The position numbers and the translations under genes were made by a program. A stretch of DNA of 61,382 nucleotides, the filler included. It is 5 parts of 5 records of this genome, joined end to end, with 100 filler letters (N's around TTAATTAATTAA, not from the genome) between each part and the next. Parts side by side here need not be neighbours in the genome. Positions count along the whole stretch, not along the records: positions 45,776 to 55,983 come from DRR723986_9115; positions 56,084 to 61,382 come from DRR723986_9124; 3 more parts are not named here. The stretch is one strand, 5' to 3'. The notes beneath the pieces are model-generated. The model was not told the DNA's origin. It made no database searches and saw nothing but the letters and a program-made list of their open reading frames with translations. Shown here piece by piece: positions 53,101-61,382 of this stretch. Numbering within the stretch: the first letter of the stretch is position 1; each line of letters opens with the position of its first letter.

Positions 53101-55983
53101 ACCGCGGATACGGCAACTTCATTGACGTCGGAAACGGCGATCGTGAAGGTTTCTTCCGAGGTTGAGCCATCGGTTGAAGTTGCCGTCACGATGATGTCGA
53201 TTGACCCTTCGGTTTCCGCATCAAAGCTCGCACCTTCCGCTACCCGAACCACGCCGTTTTCGTCCACGGTGAAGCGGCTGTCGTTGACAGCATAGGAAAC
53301 CGTATCCGAGACATCGGCATCGCTTGCCGACGCCGTGATACCAACCTGTGTGCCTGCGGTCGCATCTTCTGCGATTGTGTTTGCCGAGATGTCTGCGTCA
53401 GTCACGCTGGAAACGTCGAATTCGTCGACATCAGACACCGCTACGGTAAAGGTTTCCGTTGAAGTCGAGCCGTCAGAAGACGTCGCGGTCACGGTAACGT
53501 TGATGGACCCTTCGGTCTCTGCGTCGAAGCTGGCACCATCTGCAACACGAACCACACCGTTTTCATCGATTGTGAAGCGCGTGTCATCAACGGCGTAAGA
53601 AACCGTGTCAGAGGCATCTGCATCTGTTGCCAGGGCTGTGATGCCAACCTGAGTGTCGGCAGTTGCTGCTTCCGATATCGTGTTATCAGAGGTGTCCGTA
53701 TCGGTGACGTTTGAAACGGCGCCCTCGTTGACGTCGGAAACGGCAATCGAGAAGGTCTCCTGCGACGTGGAACCGTCAGAGGAGGTGGCAGTCACGACAA
53801 TGTCGATGGATCCTTCGGTTTCTGCATCGAAGCTGGCGCCATCGGCAACACGGACGACGCCATTCGCATCGACAGTAAAGCGGCTGTCATCGACGGAATA
53901 GCTCACAGACGCGGTGATATCCGCGTCACTCGCGTGTGCTGTAATGCCAACCTGTGTCCCGGCAGATGCGTCTTCGGAAATCGTGTTCGTCGCGGCGTCG
54001 GTGTCGGAAACAGCTGAGACGTCGTATTCGTTAACGTCGGACACGGCAATCGTGAATGTCTCTTCGGAAGCCGAGCCATCTGAAGACGTGGCGGTTACAA
54101 CGATGTCGATGGAACCTTCAGTTTCCGCGTCGAAGCTGGCCCCATCCGCAACCCGGACAACGCCGTTTTCGTCCACGACAAAGCGATCGTCATCTACGGT
54201 GTAGGACACAGTATCAGACGTGTTTCCATCTTCAGCGAACGCGGTGACGCCGACAGCCGTTCCTGCAGTAGCGTCTTCCGCAACCGTGTTTGCGCTGCTG
54301 TCCTTGTCGGTAACGGCAGAAATATCCTGCGCGATCAAATCGCCCGAAAGAACATCGCCATCGGCAAACCGGAAGTTTTCAACATTCAAGACGGTGTCGG
54401 TACCATCGGGAGAACCTGGACGATTGTCCGTAACGGTAAAGATGCCTTCGTTCTCGGTAATGGTGTAGTCAGCGAAATTGCCGCTGTAGACCGCTGTGTC
54501 AGTACCTAGCCCGCCGTCGATCATATCGTCGCCGGCACCGCCCGTCAGCGTGTCGTCCCCCGGGATAACCGCGGCCGCACTGACAAAATCGGAGGTGAAC
54601 AGGTCTACTGACGTTCCGCCTGGAGGCGTTACCGTTGCATCGAGAACCTCTTGTCCCTGGTTCTCCCAGACCTTGACGACAATGGTGTAGATCTCACCCG
54701 GTTCCAGATCAACGTCCGCCCAGCGGGTGGTCGCTGATTGGTGGTAATCGTTGTCGAGATAGTCGGTCTGCGTACCGTTCTGGTTGGTGAACGTCAGTCG
54801 GTTGCCATAGGCATCGAAGATCTCGATGGTGGATCCATCGTCCGAGCGGGTGGAGAAACGATAGGTGCCGCCATCTGTGGCGGTGAAGTTGGACGTCAGA
54901 ATGACACCAAAATCTTCAGGATTATCAGTTGACCCGCGCGCACCCTGGACAATTGTGTCCAGGTCGAACGCATCCGTCGTTCCCTCGTCGATCAGCGTGC
55001 CTGAGGAGATGTCGACAGTCTGGCCGGCATCGCCGCTGAAGTTGTGATCATAAACCTGGTAGTGCCAGGTGCCGGACACAGGTGCATTTTCACCATAGAT
55101 CGTGTCATTCCCGGCGCCACCTTCAATCCTGTCGTCACCCGCACCACCTGCAAGAGTATCGGCAGCATTGTTTCCGGAAATCGTGTCGTTGCCATCTGCG
55201 CCATCGACGTTGCCACCGTCGGCGTGTGCCACAATGGTATCGTCACCGGAGCCGCCGGTGATACTGGTTTCAGCGACAGAAACGTCGGTGAAGGTCTGGC
55301 CGCCGTCTTCGAGCTGATAGTCTTCAGCAACGTCGGTTACTGAAACCGAGAATGCATCCGAAGACGTGGAGCCGTCGGAAGACGTCGCGGTCACCGTCAG
55401 AGTGATGTTGGGTTCGCTTTCAAAGTCGAAAGAAGCACCATCTGCAACGCGGACAACACCGTTTTCGTCCACCGTGAAACGGTTATCGTCTACCGAGTAG
55501 GAAACCGTGTCAGTGATGTCGCTGTCGGTCGCAAGAACCGTGATGCCAACTTGCGTTCCGGCAGCGGCATCTTCGGTAATCGAATTTGCCGTTGCGTCCG
55601 TATCAGTTACGGGAGTGATGTCACTTTCATTGATATCGGAAACAGCGATTGTGAAGGTCTCTTTAGAGCTCGATCCATCGCTTGAGGTCGCCGTCACGAT
55701 AATGGCGATGGAACCTTCGGTTTCTGCATCGAAGCTCGCCCCCTCAGCCACACGGACGACACCGTTGTCATCAACAGTGAAGCGCGTATCGTTCACCGAG
55801 TACGAGACAGTATCTGTGACGTCCTTGTCTTCGGCAAATGCGGTCACACCAACCTGGGTACCTGCCACAGCATCTTCCGCAACGGTGTTGGCAGAAGTGT
55901 CGGCATCGGTAACAGCTGAAATGTCAAACTCATCAACATCAGACACCGCGATGGTGAAGGTCTCTTCCGAGGTCGAGCCGTCG
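50157..55983 (-). CDS. Giant RTX adhesin with cadherin-like repeats and a PA14 domain, 5' truncated
   Basis: At least nine ~100-aa cadherin-like repeats (N..SE.A..GT.VGITA...DAD...F.VD..G.V.V...FD.E), many GGxGxD nonapeptides, PA14-like segment GTYRFSTRSDDGS. Confidence 0.92.
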
Positions 55984-56083
55984 NNNNNNNNNNNNNNNNN
56001 NNNNNNNNNNNNNNNNNNNNNNNNNNNTTAATTAATTAANNNNNNNNNNNNNNNNNNNNNNNNNNNNNNNNNNNNNNNNNNNN
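55984..56083. other. Artificial contig spacer
   Basis: 44 N + TTAATTAATTAA + 44 N. Confidence 0.98.
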
Positions 56084-56084
56084 G

Positions 56085-56333
<249 letters not shown>

Positions 56334-56798
56334 CATTCTCGCACGGTGCCCGACTTTAGGGAGGTAGGGCATCCCTCAACGCTACACGCAAGAGGCTTGA
56401 CAGAGATCTTCGCAGGGCTCCGACACGGCCTTTGCGCAAACAGCAGTGGCTCCCACCAAAGGCGCTCCGCACCGTAACGTTGCCGATAGGGTGAACCTTA
56501 CCTGAAAGCGGCCCATCAGCGAATTCCGGTATCCCTCCTGCCGCAGATGAACCGCCGGACGTTACTCTGGATCGTGGGCGCAACCTGATTGCCAAACCAG
56601 CAAAGACATTCTGCCAAATCGGGCGCTCTGGCACCGGTGATCCAGAAATCACCCACAAGACCAGGGCAGTCTATCGCCAAGAAAAAGGCGCTCCTTTCCG
56701 CCAGCAATACAGCCTCGCAACCACAGACGGCTGGTGACCGGGACGTGGGGGATTTCAATTCACGGCAAATTCAATCAGAAAATCAAAGTGTGGGTGGC

Positions 56799-57601
56799 GG
56801 TGCTATCAGACTAATTCGAAATCGTCTCCTCCGGGACAGTCACACTGCCCTTTATATTGCGCAGAGATTACGCCACTCGGCGAGCGCGGCGGCACGGTTG
56901 GCCTTGAAGAGAAGTTGCGTTCCTGGTTGAAGTGGTTTCAGACAGAGGCCTGAACGTCGGCGAATTTCTGAAGGCTTCGCATGCGCCGGAAACGGAGCAT
57001 CGCCCGCTCGCGTCGTCGGAGGGGAAGATGCGAATACTCCGCCCGGTTGTTGACCCACCTTCCCGTCTCCTGGCGATCGGCCGCACCCAGTTCCTTGAGA
57101 ACCGCCTCGTAGGACCGGAGCTTATCCGTCACGACCGTCACCGGCTGGCCATGCTTTCGCATTGCTTTCTTTAGGAGTTCCAACGCTGCCTTCTTGTCCC
57201 GGCTCTCCGTAACGAAGATTTCGAGCACTTCGCCTTCGTGATCCACCGCGCGCCAAAGATAGCGCAGTTCGCCATTGATCTTCACGAAGACCTCGTCAAG
57301 GTGCCACCTCCTGCGGCTGGACTGCATCCACTCGATCCGTCGCTTTTGGATCTCGGATGCAAACATCGGACCAAAACTGTGCCATCAGTAGCGCACCGTC
57401 TCATGGCTGGCATCAATGCTTCGCTCATGCAGAAAATCTTCGACGTTACGAAGCGGAAGCGGGAAACGCACGTAGAGCATCACCGCTAGACGGATAATCT
57501 CGGGACTGGTCTTGAAGTACTTGAATGGGTCGCGCTTGGTCATGCAGGAAGGCTACGAGAACGCCCTGCCCAGGCTCAAGCAAAGTTCCCCTGACAGTGC
57601 C
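56799..57601 (-). mobile_element. IS6-family insertion sequence with inactivated transposase
   Basis: Degenerate terminal IRs GGTGCTATCAG / (revcomp) GGCACTGTCAG, about 800 bp. Transposase 57543-56852 (MTKRDPFKYFKTSPEIIRLAV, WHLDEVFVKING, VTDKLRSY, NNRAE) has TGA at 57385-57387 and 56938-56940 and a distal frameshift. Confidence 0.9.
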
Positions 57602-57781
57602 GGGCCATGCACTAACGATCAAATTGGATCACTCAGGTGGGGCTGACCGATAATCTGACGGGGCCATCCGAGTATTGCATAACCCTTTGAGAAGTCTGGC
57701 ATTGCTGCAAAAGTTTGATACAGTGAATATCAAATACTTAATAAAATGCCATTTCAGTAAGTAGTTGGACAATCGTTTTTC

Positions 57782-60700
57782 ATGTTTGTGAACAACCCCA
57801 CGCCATTGCCGGCGCCCGCATTAACGCTGGAAGATGAGTTCTCGGATCCCACGATCCATAGCGTGCTCACGCAAGGCATTTGGGCCATCTGGTATCACCC
57901 GGATTTCACGACCGAAGAGCAAGCCCAGATCACGGCGGACCATCTGACCAACACGCGCACTGTTGCTGTGACGGAAGTTGGCATGCCAGAGCCGTTGGCG
58001 CCCGGCGATGGGTATTACGTGAACGTCTATATCCACAATTTGCCCGACCCCAACATACCGGACAAACCAGAGGATGGCTTTCCCAATTGGTGGGGCAATG
58101 GGGTCGGGACCAATGCCTTTGGATATCCCAACATCGGGTTTCCCGCGATTGCCTCTCAATTTGCACCCAATGTCGCGCATGAGGGTTTTCATATCTTTCA
58201 GCATGCCGCCAATTCACCCGGCTTTGAATATGCCGGGGACAGCGGCTGGTATATTGAAACAACGGCGGAATGGTTCTCACGCATTGCAGATCCCGACCAC
58301 CTGGAGCTCTACCAAACCAATGGTGCAATCGCGGGCAATCCACATCTCGCTCTGTGGCACGGGTTTGACAACGCCCGGCCCGAAGATCCGATCCACTGGA
58401 TGCTGGAGGCGCGGCAATATGGGTTGCACAGCCTGCTGGTCTACCTCGACGATATAGGCGTGGCCGATGGGGCCGACATCACAGACGGATTTTACGCTGG
58501 CACTGATCTGTTGCCACAGGAATATCTGGTCTCCCGGATCGGGAAAGAGACCTTTGCAAATTCCTGGGCGGACTATGCCGCGCTGATGACAGCAAGCTTT
58601 GCATCTGACGCGCCGATGCCGCTTTGGATCATGTCTGAAGCGCAAAGAGATTTCGCAGTGACAGCCCGCGCCGGGATTGTCCAAGGCGACCCGATTGCCG
58701 GGATCGAAAATGACATCGCCTTTTCGCTTGGCCTGACAGATGCGCCGTTTGTCGGGACATTCGCCCCACCTTTGGCCCTGCAACCGCGTCCCTGGGCCTA
58801 TAGCGTCGTTGATTTGGGCATGCCCGAAGGCGATTTGACCGTTGATCTGCTGACGGAGTTTGAGACGTCGTTTGAAATGCGATTGGCCCTGCTGGCCGAT
58901 GGCGCAGACCAATGGACCTTTACCGAGATCACATCGGGCCAGACGCAAAACCTGGACGAGATGGATCAAGCCTATCTGATCGTTGCAACCACGCCTGACA
59001 ACTATGCGGGGTCTGAGGCGTTGCCTTACGGTGTGCATATCACTTTGGGGGACATGCCAGCACCGCCGCCAGACACCACACCTCCAGAGCTTTTGCTGCT
59101 CAGCATCCCGGATCAACTGGATTTTGCGGATGGGGCCGTCACGGCTCAGATCACGGCGGCCTTGTCGGATGATATCTCGGGGCCGGGCAATGTGGTGATC
59201 TATTTTGACAAGCCGCTGCTCTATTCCGGCGACAATGGGCAGATGGCCAACGATTACCATTTCATGGGCATCTTTGGGGCGCAGCACGATTGGGATCAGC
59301 TTCACGCCACCGAACGCTATGATGTCTTTGCGACCAATGACCTTGGCACCTATGCGGTCACCGAAGTTCAGGTGACGGACGAAGCGGGCAATCTGCGCAG
59401 CTATTCCCCGACAGAGTTAGAGGCGCTAGGCGTGAACACCGAGATCGAGGTGGTGAACACGGGCGCCTATGCGGTGGTGAGCGATCCAGACGGCTTCCGC
59501 GTAGCTGAAGGGCGGACCTTGACGGCAGAACTTGACCTTTTTGGCCCAGTACAAGGGCCGATCAATGTCACTGCAGAAATTGATTTTAGCGCAGGTACCG
59601 CCGGTCCAGACGATTTTGACGTCTTCTTCATCGGTGGGACAATGTTCCCCAGCCCGGACAATGACTTTGATCGCAAGCGGCTGCTCACGTTTGAGATCCC
59701 CGAGGATGCTTTGGACGAAGGCGAAGAGACCTTTGTGCTTGAGGTCAAGCTCGAAGGGGCGACCTTTGCCAACACATCGACCACCCTGCGCATTGATGCG
59801 GTTGTCTATGACAATGCCGACCCAGTTGGCACGCCGACGATTGTCGATGACAATGGCGGAGATCTGGTGGAAGGCGACTTTGTCTCGGTCAATCTGTCTG
59901 GATTTTACGATCCGGATGGGGTCAAATCATCGACCCATGTCTGGTTCCGCGATGGCGCTGAAATTCCGAACGAGAACAACAATTTCTACCTGCTCACTTC
60001 AGAGGATATCGGTGCGCAGATAACGGCGCGTTTTGACTATGTTGACGGCAGGGGCACACCCGAAACCGTGGACGCAACAGGCATCGGGCCGGTGCTTGAG
60101 CGCCCCAATTCACCACCGGGAGGCACTTACGCGATTGTCGATCAAAACGGCGGGGAGCTTGAGGTCGGAGATACGGTCGCAGTTGATTTGTCAGGCTTCT
60201 CAGAGCCTGATGGTATTGTCGGGCTAATCGACTACACCTGGTTTCGGGACGGCGTGGAAATTCCCAATCAGACCCTGAGTTTCTACCAGCTCACGTTCGA
60301 AGATCTTGGCGCTCTGATTTCAGCTCGTTTTAGCTATACTGATGGGCTTGGCACACTTGAGGTCGTGGAAGTCGCGGCCATTGGGCCGCTGCTCCCGCCT
60401 CCCAATGCGCCGCCGGTTGGAACGCCTGTGCTCGTCGATAACAACGGCGGTGCTCTGGAAGATGGCGACTTTGTTTCCGTCGATCTCAGCGGGTTTTCGG
60501 ATCCCGACGGTATCAGCACCATAAATTATACGTGGTTCCGCAACGGGGTGGAGATCCAAGGCGAAACCGGGGCCAACTATCACGTCCGACTGACGGATTT
60601 TGCGGGGCAAATCTCTGCTCGCATCGACTATACTGACAACGGCGGCACCGCAGAAAGCGTGGACATCGCAGCCATCGGGCCGGTCCTGCTGGCTCCCAAT

Positions 60701-61382
60701 AATGCGCCCTTTGGTCTGCCAACGCTCAACAACACCTCTGGCGAGGGTCTGGCGGTTGGCGACCTGTTGGTGTTCGACACGTCAGAACTGGTGGATTTGG
60801 ATGCGCTTGGCCCGCTCAGCTATGCGTGGTTCCGTGATGGCGTTGAAATCCCCGGTGAAACGGGTGGCGGGTATCTGTTGCGTGCCGAAGATGCCGGCAA
60901 AGAGATTTCCGGGCAAGTCAGCTATTTTGACGGCCGCGGTTTCCACGAGGTGATCCCGGTGCCCGCACTGGGCGTTGTAGAGACCACGAACACGGGGCCA
61001 GAAGGCGCGATCACTTTGTTTGGTGCGCCGACCGAAGGGGAATTGCTCTCGGCTCTGACGGGGGCGCTGTCGGATGCGCAGGGATTTGGGCCAGATGGGT
61101 TCGCTTACCAATGGCTGCGCGACGGATCGCCCATTTCCGGCGCGACCGACATCAACTATCGCCTGACCCATGACGACGTTGCCGCCATCATTTCCGTGCA
61201 GGTGTCGTACACTGACGGGGCAGGCAATCCCGAAAGCCTGACAAGCAGCGGCACAGATCAGGTCGCGGCGCTGCCCAACAATCCGCCTACGGGTCTGCCG
61301 ACGCTGACAAGTAATGGCGGTGCCGCGCTCCAAATCGGGGATGTACTGTCGGTCGATACGTCGAATTTGGTCGATCTCGATA
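57782..61382 (+). CDS. Large extracellular-type protein: N-terminal zincin metalloprotease domain, Calx-beta-like domain, tandem Ig-like repeats; 3' truncated (not in the ORF track)
   Basis: Manual translation is open for 1200 codons from ATG 57782. HEGFH at 58178-58192, downstream WYIETTAEW, five W(F/L)R(D/N)G-containing repeats of ~98 aa plus the start of a sixth. Confidence 0.88.
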   Translation, partial: MFVNNPTPLPAPALTLEDEFSDPTIHSVLTQGIWAIWYHPDFTTEEQAQITADHLTNTRTVAVTEVGMPEPLAPGDGYYVNVYIHNLPDPNIPDKPEDGFPNWWGNGVGTNAFGYPNIGFPAIASQFAPNVAHEGFHIFQHAANSPGFEYAGDSGWYIETTAEWFSRIADPDHLELYQTNGAIAGNPHLALWHGFDNARPEDPIHWMLEARQYGLHSLLVYLDDIGVADGADITDGFYAGTDLLPQEYLVSRIGKETFANSWADYAALMTASFASDAPMPLWIMSEAQRDFAVTARAGIVQGDPIAGIENDIAFSLGLTDAPFVGTFAPPLALQPRPWAYSVVDLGMPEGDLTVDLLTEFETSFEMRLALLADGADQWTFTEITSGQTQNLDEMDQAYLIVATTPDNYAGSEALPYGVHITLGDMPAPPPDTTPPELLLLSIPDQLDFADGAVTAQITAALSDDISGPGNVVIYFDKPLLYSGDNGQMANDYHFMGIFGAQHDWDQLHATERYDVFATNDLGTYAVTEVQVTDEAGNLRSYSPTELEALGVNTEIEVVNTGAYAVVSDPDGFRVAEGRTLTAELDLFGPVQGPINVTAEIDFSAGTAGPDDFDVFFIGGTMFPSPDNDFDRKRLLTFEIPEDALDEGEETFVLEVKLEGATFANTSTTLRIDAVVYDNADPVGTPTIVDDNGGDLVEGDFVSVNLSGFYDPDGVKSSTHVWFRDGAEIPNENNNFYLLTSEDIGAQITARFDYVDGRGTPETVDATGIGPVLERPNSPPGGTYAIVDQNGGELEVGDTVAVDLSGFSEPDGIVGLIDYTWFRDGVEIPNQTLSFYQLTFEDLGALISARFSYTDGLGTLEVVEVAAIGPLLPPPNAPPVGTPVLVDNNGGALEDGDFVSVDLSGFSDPDGISTINYTWFRNGVEIQGETGANYHVRLTDFAGQISARIDYTDNGGTAESVDIAAIGPVLLAPNNAPFGLPTLNNTSGEGLAVGDLLVFDTSELVDLDALGPLSYAWFRDGVEIPGETGGGYLLRAEDAGKEISGQVSYFDGRGFHEVIPVPALGVVETTNTGPEGAITLFGAPTEGELLSALTGALSDAQGFGPDGFAYQWLRDGSPISGATDINYRLTHDDVAAIISVQVSYTDGAGNPESLTSSGTDQVAALPNNPPTGLPTLTSNGGAALQIGDVLSVDTSNLVDLD

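Noticed and set aside
57821-61333. Short ORFs listed in the track across this region
   Set aside because: All are out-of-frame or antisense to the single long ORF starting at 57782.

Overview
The window is not one continuous locus. It is five unrelated contigs joined by artificial 100-bp spacers (44 N + TTAATTAATTAA + 44 N). (1) 1-9004, very GC-rich, Rhodobacteraceae-like: 3' end of tRNA-Pro, a gpsA-HAD-ggpS glucosylglycerol osmolyte operon, xylB-hyp-dgoK-dgoA-gntR, and partial rlmN. (2) 9105-28048, Marinobacter-like core genome: sdhCDAB, gltA, an M48 peptidase-pilin fusion, topA, fadBA, usp, uup, MOSC, and the 3' end of tRNA-Gly. (3) 28149-45675, AT-richer accessory or defence island from a T9SS-bearing (Bacteroidota/Rhodothermaeota-like) organism: a TIR-TPR protein, a stand-alone Mrr-like nuclease, an AVAST-like STAND nuclease, a four-gene operon (two paralogous unknown helical proteins plus an apparently split DNA methyltransferase) with a decayed copy of its last three genes, and a helical-repeat protein divergent from a duplicated small putatively exported protein. 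(4) 45776-55983, Alphaproteobacterium: paaG-paaI-paaK, a lone HlyD, and a giant cadherin/PA14/RTX adhesin. (5) 56084-61382: partial 2Fe-2S ferredoxin, an inactive IS6 element, and an ORF of about 1200 codons, still open at the window end and missing from the ORF track, encoding a zincin protease plus Ig-like repeats. The best candidate for an undescribed system is the operon at 34782-37981. All family and taxonomic calls are from motif recognition by eye; no searches were run.
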